DNA of 64,000 bases, from assembly GCF_002854065.1 (NCBI RefSeq), contig NZ_CP024147.1; one strand, given 5' to 3'. The notes beneath the pieces are model-generated. The model searched no databases. It had not been told where the DNA came from and saw nothing but the letters and a program-made list of their open reading frames with translations. This document shows positions 10,302-21,015 of this stretch, piece after piece. Position 1 is the stretch's first letter. Each line of letters begins with the position of its first letter. The stretch comes from Escherichia coli (lineage in GTDB: Bacteria > Pseudomonadota > Gammaproteobacteria > Enterobacterales > Enterobacteriaceae). Both the position numbers and the translations under genes were made by a program.

Positions 10302-11582
10302 ATGACCGAACATACCAGCAGTTATTACGCCGCCAGTGCGAATAAATACACGCCATTCGACACGCTGAATGAGTCAATCACCTGCGACGTTTGCGTGGTC
10401 GGCGGCGGCTATACCGGGCTGTCTTCCGCGCTACATCTGGCGGAAGCGGGCTTTGACGTAGTGGTTCTCGAAGCCTCACGCATCGGCTTTGGCGCCAGCG
10501 GACGCAACGGCGGACAGCTTGTGAACTCCTACAGCCGCGACATTGACGTGATCGAAAAAAGCTACGGCATGGACACCGCCCGTATGCTCGGCAGCATGAT
10601 GTTTGAGGGTGGTGAGATCATCCGCGAACGTATCAAACGTTATCAGATTGACTGCGACTACCGCCCCGGCGGTCTGTTTGTGGCGATGAATGATAAACAG
10701 CTCGCCACACTTGAAGAGCAGAAAGAGAACTGGGAACGCTACGGCAATAAACAGCTGGAGATGCTGGACGCCAACGCCATTCGCCGCGAGGTCGCCAGCG
10801 ATCGCTACACTGGTGCGCTGCTGGATCACAGCGGCGGGCATATTCACCCGCTGAACCTCGCCATTGGTGAAGCCGATGCCATTCGTCTCAACGGCGGACG
10901 TGTGTATGAGCTTTCTGCGGTGACGCAGATCCAGCACACCACGCCCGCCGTGGTGCGTACTACCAAAGGCCAGGTGACGGCGAAGTATGTGATTGTCGCC
11001 GGGAATGCGTACCTGGGCGATAAAGTGGAGCCGGAACTGGCGAAGCGTAGTATGCCGTGCGGCACGCAGGTGATCACCACTGAGCGGCTGTCAGAAGATT
11101 TAGCCCGTTCGCTGATCCCGAAAAACTACTGTGTGGAAGACTGTAACTATCTGCTTGATTACTACCGTCTTACCGCCGACAACCGTTTGCTGTACGGCGG
11201 CGGCGTGGTGTACGGCGCGCGCGACCCGGATGACGTTGAGCGTCTTGTGGTGCCGAAACTGCTGAAAACCTTCCCGCAGTTGAAGGGCGTGAAAATCGAC
11301 TATCGCTGGACGGGCAACTTCCTGCTGACCCTGTCGCGTATGCCGCAGTTCGGTCGCCTCGATACCAACATCTATTACATGCAGGGTTACAGCGGCCACG
11401 GCGTCACCTGTACTCATCTTGCCGGACGTTTGATTGCCGAACTGCTGCGCGGCGACGCCGAACGTTTCGACGCCTTCGCCAATCTGCCGCATTACCCGTT
11501 CCCCGGCGGGCGCACGCTGCGTGTGCCGTTTACCGCGATGGGCGCGGCTTATTACAGCCTGCGCGATCGTCTGGGCGTTTAA
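10302..11582 (+). CDS. puuB: Gamma-glutamylputrescine oxidase PuuB (FAD-dependent)
   Basis: ORF track 426 aa; N-terminal FAD-binding GxGxxG (VCVVGGGYTGLS). Confidence 0.9.
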   Translation: MTEHTSSYYAASANKYTPFDTLNESITCDVCVVGGGYTGLSSALHLAEAGFDVVVLEASRIGFGASGRNGGQLVNSYSRDIDVIEKSYGMDTARMLGSMMFEGGEIIRERIKRYQIDCDYRPGGLFVAMNDKQLATLEEQKENWERYGNKQLEMLDANAIRREVASDRYTGALLDHSGGHIHPLNLAIGEADAIRLNGGRVYELSAVTQIQHTTPAVVRTTKGQVTAKYVIVAGNAYLGDKVEPELAKRSMPCGTQVITTERLSEDLARSLIPKNYCVEDCNYLLDYYRLTADNRLLYGGGVVYGARDPDDVERLVVPKLLKTFPQLKGVKIDYRWTGNFLLTLSRMPQFGRLDTNIYYMQGYSGHGVTCTHLAGRLIAELLRGDAERFDAFANLPHYPFPGGRTLRVPFTAMGAAYYSLRDRLGV

Positions 11583-11619
11583 TTTCCGATTAACAGTGAA
11601 GAGTCAAAAGGTGTGAAAC

Positions 11620-12885
11620 ATGAGCAACAATGAATTCCATCAGCGTCGTCTTTCTGCCACCCCGCGCGGGGTTGGCGTGATGTGTAACTTCTTCGCCCAG
11701 TCGGCAGAAAACGCCACGCTTAAGGATGTTGAGGGCAACGAGTACATCGATTTCGCCGCAGGCATTGCGGTGCTGAACACGGGGCATCGCCACCCTGAAT
11801 TGGTCGCGGCGGTGGAGCAGCAACTGCAACAGTTTACCCACACCGCGTACCAGATTGTGCCGTATGAAAGCTACGTCACCCTGGCGGAGAAAATCAACGC
11901 CCTTGCCCCGGTGAGCGGGCAGGCCAAAACCGCGTTCTTCACCACCGGTGCGGAAGGGGTGGAAAACGCGGTGAAAATCGCCCGCGCCCATACCGGACGC
12001 CCTGGCGTGATTGCGTTTAGCGGCGGCTTCCACGGTCGTACGTATATGACCATGGCGCTGACCGGAAAAGTTGCGCCGTACAAAATCGGCTTCGGCCCGT
12101 TCCCCGGTTCGGTGTATCACGTACCTTATCCGTCAGATTTACACGGCATTTCAACACAGGACTCCCTCGACGCCATCGAACGCTTGTTTAAATCAGACAT
12201 CGAAGCGAAGCAGGTCGCGGCCATTATTTTCGAACCGGTGCAGGGCGAGGGCGGTTTCAACGTTGCGCCAAAAGAGCTGGTTGCCGCCATTCGCCGCCTG
12301 TGCGACGAGCACGGCATTGTGATGATTGCTGATGAAGTGCAAAGCGGCTTTGCGCGTACCGGTAAGCTGTTTGCCATGGATCATTACGCCGATAAGCCGG
12401 ATTTAATGACGATGGCGAAAAGCCTCGCGGGCGGGATGCCGCTTTCGGGCGTGGTCGGTAACGCGAATATTATGGACGCACCCGCGCCGGGCGGGCTTGG
12501 CGGCACCTACGCCGGTAACCCGCTGGCGGTGGCTGCCGCGCACGCGGTGCTCAACATTATCGACAAAGAATCACTCTGCGAACGCGCGAATCAACTGGGC
12601 CAGCGTCTGACAAACACGCTGATTGATGCCAAAGAAAGCGTTCCGGCCATCGCGGCGGTACGCGGTCTGGGGTCTATGATTGCGGCAGAGTTTAACGATC
12701 CGCAAACGGGCGAGCCGTCAGCGGCGATTGCACAGAAAATCCAGCAACGCGCGCTGGCGCAGGGACTGCTTCTACTGACCTGTGGCGCATACGGCAACGT
12801 GATTCGTTTCCTGTATCCGCTGACCATCCCGGATGCGCAATTCGATGCGGCAATGAAAATTTTGCAGGATGCGCTGAGAGATTAA
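11620..12885 (+). CDS. puuE: GABA aminotransferase PuuE (PLP-dependent)
   Basis: ORF track 421 aa; class III aminotransferase; synteny. Confidence 0.9.
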   Translation: MSNNEFHQRRLSATPRGVGVMCNFFAQSAENATLKDVEGNEYIDFAAGIAVLNTGHRHPELVAAVEQQLQQFTHTAYQIVPYESYVTLAEKINALAPVSGQAKTAFFTTGAEGVENAVKIARAHTGRPGVIAFSGGFHGRTYMTMALTGKVAPYKIGFGPFPGSVYHVPYPSDLHGISTQDSLDAIERLFKSDIEAKQVAAIIFEPVQGEGGFNVAPKELVAAIRRLCDEHGIVMIADEVQSGFARTGKLFAMDHYADKPDLMTMAKSLAGGMPLSGVVGNANIMDAPAPGGLGGTYAGNPLAVAAAHAVLNIIDKESLCERANQLGQRLTNTLIDAKESVPAIAAVRGLGSMIAAEFNDPQTGEPSAAIAQKIQQRALAQGLLLLTCGAYGNVIRFLYPLTIPDAQFDAAMKILQDALRD

Positions 12886-12913
12886 TACGCAGAAGCAGGG
12901 GCAACGCAATAAT

Positions 12914-12995
12914 GCCTGATACGCTGCGCTTATCAGACCTGCAAACGACGTATTGATTATGTATGCCGGATAAGGCGTTCACGCCGCATCCGGCA
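12914..12995. repeat. BIME: two REP palindromic units (gcctgatacgctgcgcttatcag; tgccggataaggcgttcacgccgcatccggca) between convergent puuE and pspF
   Basis: Classic REP sequences read directly; the second unit is a perfect palindrome. Confidence 0.75.
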
Positions 12996-13015
12996 AGTTG
13001 TATTGCCCAACTTCG

Positions 13016-13993
13016 CTAAATCTGGTGCTTTTTCAACAACGCGCGGAACTGATGATAGGTTAACCCCAGTAATTCAGCCGCGCGCTTCTGGTTATATTTC
13101 CCTTGTTGCAAACTGAGTTGCAGCAACTCTTTTTCCTGCTGCATCTGAAACTCACGTAAATCCAGCGGCAGTGTTGGAAGCGAGGTGGTTTCTGAAACGG
13201 CGATAGCGTCTTCAGGCGGACGCCGTTTAAAGGGATCAATAATGATGTCATCAAGCGGATAATCGCTGGTGCCGTGGCGATACACTGAACGTTCCACCAC
13301 GTTTTTCAATTCACGAATATTTCCCGGCCAGCGATAATTCAGCAATGTTTCTCTGGCGCGCTCCGTAAACCCCGGGAACAGAGGCAGCTTGATTTCCCGA
13401 CACATCTGAATGGCAAAGTGTTCTGCCATCAGCATAATGTCGCTTTCGCGCTCGCGCAGGGGCGGCAGTTGCACAACATCAAAAGCCAGGCGGTCGAGCA
13501 GGTCAGCGCGAAAAGTACCTTCATTGACCATCGCCGGGAGATCGGCATTCGTCGCGCATACCAACCGCACATTCACCTGCAACGGCTGGCTGCCGCCAAC
13601 GCGCTCCAGTTCACCGTACTCAATCACGCGCAATAATTTTTCCTGTACCATCATCGGTGCTGTAGCGAGTTCATCAAGAAATAGCGTACCGCCGTCGGCA
13701 CGTTCAAATCTTCCTGGATGACGTTTTTGCGCACCGGTAAACGCCCCCGCTTCGTGACCAAACAGTTCGGAATCCAGCAGATTTTCATTTAACGCCGCGC
13801 AGTTAAGGGAAATAAACGGCCCTTGCCAACGGGAGGAGAGATAATGCAGGCGGCTGGCGATCAGCTCTTTACCGGTGCCGCGCTCGCCGATGATGAGCAC
13901 AGGTTTGTCCAGCGGCGCGAGATGCGAAACCTGTTCCAGCACTTCGAGAAAGCTGTTCGCCTCACCGAGTAAATTATCTTTGTATTCTGCCAT
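13016..13993 (-). CDS. pspF: Sigma-54 enhancer-binding activator PspF
   Basis: ORF track 13016..14008; start trimmed to MAEYKDNLLGE (325 aa); AAA+ sigma-54 interaction domain (GERGTGKE) and C-terminal HTH. Confidence 0.92.
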   Translation of the reverse strand: MAEYKDNLLGEANSFLEVLEQVSHLAPLDKPVLIIGERGTGKELIASRLHYLSSRWQGPFISLNCAALNENLLDSELFGHEAGAFTGAQKRHPGRFERADGGTLFLDELATAPMMVQEKLLRVIEYGELERVGGSQPLQVNVRLVCATNADLPAMVNEGTFRADLLDRLAFDVVQLPPLRERESDIMLMAEHFAIQMCREIKLPLFPGFTERARETLLNYRWPGNIRELKNVVERSVYRHGTSDYPLDDIIIDPFKRRPPEDAIAVSETTSLPTLPLDLREFQMQQEKELLQLSLQQGKYNQKRAAELLGLTYHQFRALLKKHQI

Positions 13994-14087
13994 GATGAAA
14001 TTCGCCACTTGTTAGTGTAATTCGCTAACTCATCCTGGCATGTTGCTGTTGATTCTTCAATCAGATCTTTATAAATCAAAAAGATAA

Positions 14088-14828
<741 letters not shown>

Positions 14829-14881
14829 TAACATCCAGGCGGCGTCCGAAAGCGCCGCCGCTCATCGTCTAAGGAGTACTT

Positions 14882-15106
14882 ATGAGCGCGCTATTTCTGG
14901 CTATTCCATTAACCATTTTTGTGCTGTTTGTTTTACCGATCTGGTTATGGCTGCATTACAGCAATCGTTCTGGTCGCAGTGAATTGTCGCAAAGTGAGCA
15001 GCAGCGATTAGCGCAACTGGCTGATGAAGCAAAACGGATGCGCGAACGTATTCAGGCGCTGGAATCTATTCTTGATGCAGAACATCCGAACTGGAGGGAT
15101 CGCTAA
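14882..15106 (+). CDS. pspB: Phage shock protein B
   Basis: ORF track 74 aa, single TM helix; synteny. Confidence 0.9.
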   Translation: MSALFLAIPLTIFVLFVLPIWLWLHYSNRSGRSELSQSEQQRLAQLADEAKRMRERIQALESILDAEHPNWRDR

Positions 15107-15465
15107 TGGCGGGCATTAATCTCAATAAAAAATTATGGCGTATTCCACAGCAGGGCATGGTCCGTGGCGTCTGCGCCGGGATTGCCAACTATTTTGATGT
15201 ACCGGTAAAACTGGTGCGTATCCTGGTGGTGCTGTCGATTTTCTTCGGTCTGGCGCTGTTTACCCTGGTTGCTTACATCATTTTGTCATTTGCGCTTGAT
15301 CCAATTCCGGACAACATGGCCTTTGGTGAGCAGCTACCTTCCAGCAGCGAATTGCTGGATGAAGTCGACCGTGAACTGGCGGCAAGTGAAACGCGTTTAC
15401 GCGAGATGGAACGTTATGTCACTTCCGATACTTTCACGTTACGTAGCCGTTTCCGTCAACTGTGA
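15106..15465 (+). CDS. pspC: Phage shock protein C
   Basis: ORF track 119 aa; start overlaps pspB stop; TM protein. Confidence 0.9.
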
Positions 15466-15473
15466 GGAAAGTT

Positions 15474-15695
15474 ATGAATACTCGCTGGCAACAGGCCGGG
15501 CAAAAGGTGAAGCCTGGTTTCAAATTAGCAGGCAAGCTGGTACTTCTTACCGCACTGCGCTATGGCCCGGCGGGTGTGGCGGGCTGGGCGATAAAATCAG
15601 TTGCTCGCCGACCGCTGAAAATGTTGCTGGCTGTGGCGCTGGAACCGCTGTTAAGTCGGGCTGCTAATAAACTGGCACAGCGTTATAAAAGGTGA
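15474..15695 (+). CDS. pspD: Phage shock protein D
   Basis: ORF track 15462..15695; start trimmed to MNTRWQQAG (73 aa). Confidence 0.85.
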
Positions 15696-15769
15696 GGGGA
15701 GTTTCGCAAAAATTGTTAAATCTCAGGCCTATAATGGATGGCAATTTTCATCCATAGAAGGACGCTTAC

Positions 15770-16084
15770 ATGTTTAAAAAAGGCTTACTTGCTCTGGCAC
15801 TGGTGTTTTCACTGCCCGTTTTTGCCGCTGAACACTGGATCGATGTTCGTGTTCCAGAGCAGTATCAGCAAGAGCACGTTCAGGGGGCCATCAATATTCC
15901 CCTGAAGGAAGTGAAAGAGCGCATTGCCACCGCCGTTCCCGATAAAAACGACACCGTGAAAGTGTATTGCAATGCCGGACGCCAGTCAGGGCAGGCAAAA
16001 GAGATCCTTAGCGAGATGGGATATACCCACGTTGAGAACGCCGGTGGCCTGAAAGACATCGCAATGCCGAAGGTCAAAGGTTAA
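15770..16084 (+). CDS. pspE: Periplasmic rhodanese PspE (thiosulfate sulfurtransferase)
   Basis: ORF track 104 aa with signal peptide and rhodanese active-site Cys (VYCNAGRQS). Confidence 0.9.
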   Translation: MFKKGLLALALVFSLPVFAAEHWIDVRVPEQYQQEHVQGAINIPLKEVKERIATAVPDKNDTVKVYCNAGRQSGQAKEILSEMGYTHVENAGGLKDIAMPKVKG

Positions 16085-16101
16085 CAAATTACTTATTGAG
16101 C

Positions 16102-16131
16102 GGTGTAAACAACGCCGCTTATTCATTTGAT
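16102..16131 (+). terminator. Putative terminator after pspE (agcggtgtaaacaacgccgct then T-rich tail)
   Basis: Imperfect hairpin with G-U pair followed by TATTCATTTG; read directly. Confidence 0.4.
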
Positions 16132-16202
16132 AAATCAAAATTAACCCACATTATTATCTCCAGTATCTAATCCTTTCTACAGCTTTCTGGCACAGGACAG
16201 CA

Positions 16203-17600
16203 ATGAAGCGACTTAAAAATGAACTTAATGCGCTGGTGAATCGGGGTGTCGACAGACATCTGCGCCTCGCCGTAACCGGACTTAGCCGCAGCGGCAAAAC
16301 GGCGTTTATCACTGCGATGGTCAATCAGTTGCTCAATATTCACGCCGGAGCACGCTTGCCGCTGTTAAGCGCGGTGCGTGAAGAACGGCTGCTGGGCGTA
16401 AAACGCATTCCCCAGCGTGACTTTGGCATTCCGCGCTTCACCTATGATGAAGGGCTGGCGCAGTTATATGGCGATCCACCTGCCTGGCCAACGCCAACGC
16501 GCGGCGTCAGCGAAATTCGCCTGGCGCTACGTTTTAAATCGAACGATTCGCTGCTACGCCACTTTAAGGATACCTCCACGCTGTATCTGGAGATTGTGGA
16601 TTATCCCGGCGAATGGTTGCTCGACCTGCCGATGCTGGCGCAGGACTATTTAAGCTGGTCGCGCCAGATGACGGGCTTACTTAATGGTCAGCGCGGCGAA
16701 TGGTCGGCGAAATGGCGAATGATGTGCGAAGGGCTGGACCCGCTAGCGCCTGCCGACGAAAACCGGCTGGCAGACATTGCCGCCGCGTGGACCGATTATC
16801 TCCACCACTGTAAACAGCAGGGGCTGCACTTTATTCAGCCTGGGCGCTTTGTCTTGCCGGGGGATATGGCAGGTGCGCCCGCGCTGCAATTCTTCCCGTG
16901 GCCGGATGTCGATGCCTGGGGCGAGTCCAAACTCGCGCAGGCCGATAAGCACACCAATGCCGGAATGCTGCGCGAGCGGTTTAATTATTACTGCGAGAAA
17001 GTGGTGAAGGGGTTCTATAAGAATCATTTTCTGCGCTTTGACCGCCAGATTGTGCTGGTGGATTGCCTGCAACCTCTCAACAGTGGGCCACAGGCATTTA
17101 ATGATATGCGTCTGGCGCTGACGCAGCTGATGCAAAGTTTCCACTATGGGCAGCGTACCCTGTTCAGGCGTTTGTTTTCGCCGGTTATCGATAAGCTATT
17201 GTTTGCTGCCACTAAAGCGGACCATGTGACCATCGATCAGCACGCCAATATGGTTTCATTGCTGCAACAACTAATTCAGGATGCCTGGCAAAATGCGGCG
17301 TTCGAAGGGATCAGCATGGATTGCCTGGGGCTGGCGTCAGTTCAGGCGACCACCAGTGGCATTATTGATGTTAACGGTGAGAAAATCCCGGCGCTGCGCG
17401 GTAATCGACTTAGCGATGGCGCACCGCTCACTGTTTATCCTGGCGAAGTTCCCGCACGTTTGCCTGGTCAGGCGTTCTGGGATAAGCAAGGCTTCCAGTT
17501 TGAGGCATTTCGTCCGCAGGTGATGGATGTCGACAAACCACTACCGCATATTCGTCTTGATGCTGCGCTGGAATTTTTAATAGGAGATAAATTGCGATGA
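16203..17600 (+). CDS. ycjX: Uncharacterised P-loop NTPase YcjX (DUF463)
   Basis: ORF track 465 aa; Walker [10 protein letters not shown]; sequence recognised as YcjX. Confidence 0.9.
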   Translation: MKRLKNELNALVNRGVDRHLRLAVTGLSRSGKTAFITAMVNQLLNIHAGARLPLLSAVREERLLGVKRIPQRDFGIPRFTYDEGLAQLYGDPPAWPTPTRGVSEIRLALRFKSNDSLLRHFKDTSTLYLEIVDYPGEWLLDLPMLAQDYLSWSRQMTGLLNGQRGEWSAKWRMMCEGLDPLAPADENRLADIAAAWTDYLHHCKQQGLHFIQPGRFVLPGDMAGAPALQFFPWPDVDAWGESKLAQADKHTNAGMLRERFNYYCEKVVKGFYKNHFLRFDRQIVLVDCLQPLNSGPQAFNDMRLALTQLMQSFHYGQRTLFRRLFSPVIDKLLFAATKADHVTIDQHANMVSLLQQLIQDAWQNAAFEGISMDCLGLASVQATTSGIIDVNGEKIPALRGNRLSDGAPLTVYPGEVPARLPGQAFWDKQGFQFEAFRPQVMDVDKPLPHIRLDAALEFLIGDKLR

Positions 17601-18658
17601 CCGAACCGTTAAAACCACGTATTGATTTCGACGGTCCGCTGGAGGTCGATCAGAATCCAAAATTCAGGGCGCAGCAGACCTTTGACGAAAATCAGGCGCA
17701 AAATTTTGCCCCGGCCACGCTCGACGAAGCGCAGGAAGAAGAGGGGCAAGTCGAAGCGGTAATGGACGCAGCGTTACGTCCGAAACGCAGCCTGTGGCGC
17801 AAAATGGTGATGGGCGGGCTGGCTCTGTTTGGCGCAAGCGTTGTCGGGCAGGGTATACAGTGGACAATGAATGCCTGGCAAACTCAGGACTGGGTGGCGC
17901 TGGGTGGATGTGCCGCTGGGGCATTGATTATCGGCGCTGGCGTAGGTTCTGTGGTAACAGAGTGGCGGCGCTTATGGCGCTTGCGACAGCGCGCCCATGA
18001 ACGCGACGAAGCGCGTGATTTATTGCATAGCCACGGAACCGGCAAAGGCCGCGCATTTTGCGAAAAACTGGCGCAGCAGGCGGGCATCGATCAGTCACAT
18101 CCGGCGCTGCAACGCTGGTATGCCTCAATCCATGAAACGCAAAACGACCGTGAAGTGGTCAGTTTGTATGCGCATTTGGTCCAGCCAGTTTTAGATGCCC
18201 AGGCGCGGCGCGAAATCAGCCGTTCGGCAGCGGAATCAACGTTGATGATTGCGGTCAGCCCGCTGGCGCTGGTGGATATGGCATTTATCGCCTGGCGCAA
18301 TCTGCGTTTGATTAATCGCATCGCCACGCTGTATGGCATTGAACTGGGATATTACAGCCGTTTGCGCCTGTTCAAGCTGGTATTGCTGAATATCGCTTTC
18401 GCCGGAGCCAGCGAATTGGTGCGCGAAGTGGGGATGGACTGGATGTCGCAAGATCTCGCTGCTCGTTTGTCTACCCGCGCAGCTCAGGGGATTGGTGCTG
18501 GGCTTCTGACGGCACGACTCGGGATTAAAGCTATGGAGCTTTGCCGCCCGCTGCCGTGGATTGACGATGACAAACCTCGCCTCGGGGATTTCCGTCGTCA
18601 GCTTATCGGTCAGGTGAAAGAAACGCTGCAAAAAGGCAAAACGCCCAGCGAAAAATAA
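17597..18658 (+). CDS. ycjF: Uncharacterised inner-membrane protein YcjF (DUF697)
   Basis: ORF track 353 aa; start overlaps ycjX stop (ATGA); hydrophobic segments. Confidence 0.9.
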   Translation: MTEPLKPRIDFDGPLEVDQNPKFRAQQTFDENQAQNFAPATLDEAQEEEGQVEAVMDAALRPKRSLWRKMVMGGLALFGASVVGQGIQWTMNAWQTQDWVALGGCAAGALIIGAGVGSVVTEWRRLWRLRQRAHERDEARDLLHSHGTGKGRAFCEKLAQQAGIDQSHPALQRWYASIHETQNDREVVSLYAHLVQPVLDAQARREISRSAAESTLMIAVSPLALVDMAFIAWRNLRLINRIATLYGIELGYYSRLRLFKLVLLNIAFAGASELVREVGMDWMSQDLAARLSTRAAQGIGAGLLTARLGIKAMELCRPLPWIDDDKPRLGDFRRQLIGQVKETLQKGKTPSEK

Positions 18659-18717
18659 TACAATATCGGGTGCTGACCGGATATCTTTACGCCGAAGTGC
18701 CCGTTTTTCCGTCTTTG

Positions 18718-18735
18718 TGTCAATGATTGTTGACA
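18718..18735. promoter_or_regulatory. TyrR box-like palindrome TGTCAATGATTGTTGACA overlapping a TTGACA -35 hexamer in the tyrR promoter
   Basis: Matches TGTAAA-N6-TTTACA architecture with symmetric G/C; located ~70 nt upstream of tyrR start; consistent with known tyrR autoregulation. Confidence 0.5.
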
Positions 18736-18805
18736 GAAACCTTCCTGCTATCCAAATAGTGTCATATCATCATATTAATTGTTCTTTTTTCAGGTGAAGG
18801 TTCCC

Positions 18806-20347
18806 ATGCGTCTGGAAGTCTTTTGTGAAGACCGACTTGGTCTGACCCGCGAATTACTCGATCTACTCGTGCTAAGAGGCATTGATTTACGCGGTATTGA
18901 GATTGACCCCATTGGGCGAATCTACCTCAATTTTGCTGAACTGGAGTTTGAGAGTTTCAGCAGTCTGATGGCCGAAATACGCCGTATTGCAGGTGTTACC
19001 GATGTGCGTACTGTCCCGTGGATGCCTTCCGAACGTGAGCATCTGGCGTTGAGCGCGTTACTGGAGGCGTTGCCCGAACCTGTGCTCTCTGTCGATATGA
19101 AAAGCAAAGTGGATATGGCGAATCCGGCGAGCTGTCAGCTTTTTGGGCAAAAATTGGATCGCCTGCGCAACCATACCGCCGCACAATTGATTAACGGCTT
19201 TAATTTTTTACGTTGGCTGGAAAGCGAACCGCAAGATTCGCATAACGAGCATGTCGTTATTAATGGGCAGAATTTCCTGATGGAGATTACGCCTGTTTAT
19301 CTTCAGGATGAAAATGATCAACACGTTCTGACCGGTGCGGTGGTGATGTTGCGATCAACGATTCGTATGGGCCGCCAGTTGCAAAATGTCGCCGCCCAGG
19401 ACGTCAGCGCCTTCAGTCAAATTGTCGCCGTCAGCCCGAAAATGAAGCACGTTGTCGAACAGGCGCAGAAACTGGCGATGCTAAGCGCGCCGCTGCTGAT
19501 TACGGGTGACACAGGTACAGGTAAAGATCTCTTTGCCTACGCCTGCCATCAGGCAAGCCCCAGAGCAGGCAAACCTTACCTGGCGCTGAACTGTGCGTCT
19601 ATACCAGAAGATGCGGTCGAGAGTGAACTGTTTGGTCATGCTCCGGAAGGGAAGAAAGGATTCTTTGAGCAGGCGAACGGTGGTTCGGTGCTGTTGGATG
19701 AAATAGGGGAAATGTCACCACGGATGCAGGCGAAATTACTGCGTTTCCTTAATGATGGCACTTTCCGTCGGGTTGGCGAAGACCATGAGGTGCATGTCGA
19801 TGTGCGGGTGATTTGCGCTACGCAGAAGAATCTGGTCGAACTGGTGCAAAAAGGCGTGTTCCGTGAAGATCTCTATTATCGTCTGAACGTGTTGACGCTT
19901 AATCTGCCGCCGCTACGTGACTGTCCGCAGGACATCATGCCGTTAACCGAGCTGTTCGTTGCCCGCTTTGCCGACGAGCAGGGCGTGCCGCGTCCGAAAC
20001 TGGCCGCTGACCTGAATACTGTACTTACGCGTTATGCGTGGCCGGGAAATGTGCGGCAGTTAAAGAACGCTATCTATCGCGCACTGACACAACTGGACGG
20101 CTATGAGCTGCGTCCTCAGGATATTTTGTTGCCGGATTATGACGCCGCAACGGTAGCCGTGGGCGAAGATGCGATGGAAGGTTCGCTGGACGAAATTACC
20201 AGCCGTTTTGAACGCTCGGTATTAACCCAGCTTTATCGCAATTATCCCAGCACGCGCAAACTGGCAAAACGTCTCGGCGTTTCACATACCGCGATTGCCA
20301 ATAAGTTGCGGGAATATGGTCTGAGTCAGAAGAAGAACGAAGAGTAA
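18806..20347 (+). CDS. tyrR: Aromatic amino acid regulator TyrR
   Basis: ORF track 18779..20347; start trimmed to MRLEVFCEDRLGL (513 aa); ACT-PAS-AAA+-HTH architecture. Confidence 0.93.
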   Translation: MRLEVFCEDRLGLTRELLDLLVLRGIDLRGIEIDPIGRIYLNFAELEFESFSSLMAEIRRIAGVTDVRTVPWMPSEREHLALSALLEALPEPVLSVDMKSKVDMANPASCQLFGQKLDRLRNHTAAQLINGFNFLRWLESEPQDSHNEHVVINGQNFLMEITPVYLQDENDQHVLTGAVVMLRSTIRMGRQLQNVAAQDVSAFSQIVAVSPKMKHVVEQAQKLAMLSAPLLITGDTGTGKDLFAYACHQASPRAGKPYLALNCASIPEDAVESELFGHAPEGKKGFFEQANGGSVLLDEIGEMSPRMQAKLLRFLNDGTFRRVGEDHEVHVDVRVICATQKNLVELVQKGVFREDLYYRLNVLTLNLPPLRDCPQDIMPLTELFVARFADEQGVPRPKLAADLNTVLTRYAWPGNVRQLKNAIYRALTQLDGYELRPQDILLPDYDAATVAVGEDAMEGSLDEITSRFERSVLTQLYRNYPSTRKLAKRLGVSHTAIANKLREYGLSQKKNEE

Positions 20348-20352
20348 GCGCG

Positions 20353-20387
20353 AATATGCCTGATGGTGCAACACCATCAGGCATATT
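20353..20387. terminator. 16-bp perfect hairpin (aatatgcctgatggtg / caccatcaggcatatt) between convergent tyrR and tpx; likely bidirectional terminator
   Basis: Palindrome read directly; flanking U-tracts are weak. Confidence 0.5.
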
Positions 20388-20390
20388 AAC

Positions 20391-20897
20391 TTATGCTTTC
20401 AGTACAGCCAGAGCTGCTTCGTAATCCGGCTCGGTGGTGATTTCATCCACCAGCTGACTGAAAATCACATTGTCATTTTCATCAATAACCACAACGGCAC
20501 GCGCTGCCAGACCTTTCAGTGGGCCATCAGCAATTGCCACACCGTAGGCTTGCAGGAATTCAGCGTTACGGAAAGTGGAGAGGGTGATAACGTTGTTCAG
20601 ACCTTCTGCGCCGCAGAAACGAGACTGGGCGAACGGCAGATCGGCAGAGATACACAGCACAACGGTGTTGTCGATCTCGGTTGCCAGTTGGTTAAACTTA
20701 CGTACTGATGCGGCGCAAACACCGGTATCAATACTCGGGAAAATGTTCAGCACTTTGCGTTTACCCGCAAACTGACCGAGGGTGACGTCAGACAGATCTT
20801 TTGCCACGAGAGTAAAAGTCTGCGCTTTGCTACCCGCCTGCGGGATGGAGTTGGCGACTGTAACCGGGTTGCCCTGGAAATGAACGGTTTGTGACAT
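20391..20897 (-). CDS. tpx: Thiol peroxidase Tpx
   Basis: ORF track 168 aa; peroxiredoxin with catalytic Cys in VPSLDTPVCAT-like context ([12 protein letters not shown]). Confidence 0.93.
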   Translation of the reverse strand: MSQTVHFQGNPVTVANSIPQAGSKAQTFTLVAKDLSDVTLGQFAGKRKVLNIFPSIDTGVCAASVRKFNQLATEIDNTVVLCISADLPFAQSRFCGAEGLNNVITLSTFRNAEFLQAYGVAIADGPLKGLAARAVVVIDENDNVIFSQLVDEITTEPDYEAALAVLKA

Positions 20898-21015
20898 GAT
20901 TATCTTTCCTGTTTACATATAGTTAACGTCACACCTAGTTTATGCTAACTGTCAATAACACAGCAAACGCTATTTGCGCTTAATCCGCAGACCACTGCGA
21001 CAACAAGGAGTAAAG

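Noticed and set aside
16188-16202. Sigma-54-like motif TGGCACAGGACAGCA immediately before the ycjX start codon
   Set aside because: Spacing fits GG-N10-GC, but the predicted transcription start would fall inside the ycjX coding sequence, so it cannot serve as the ycjX promoter; probably a chance match.
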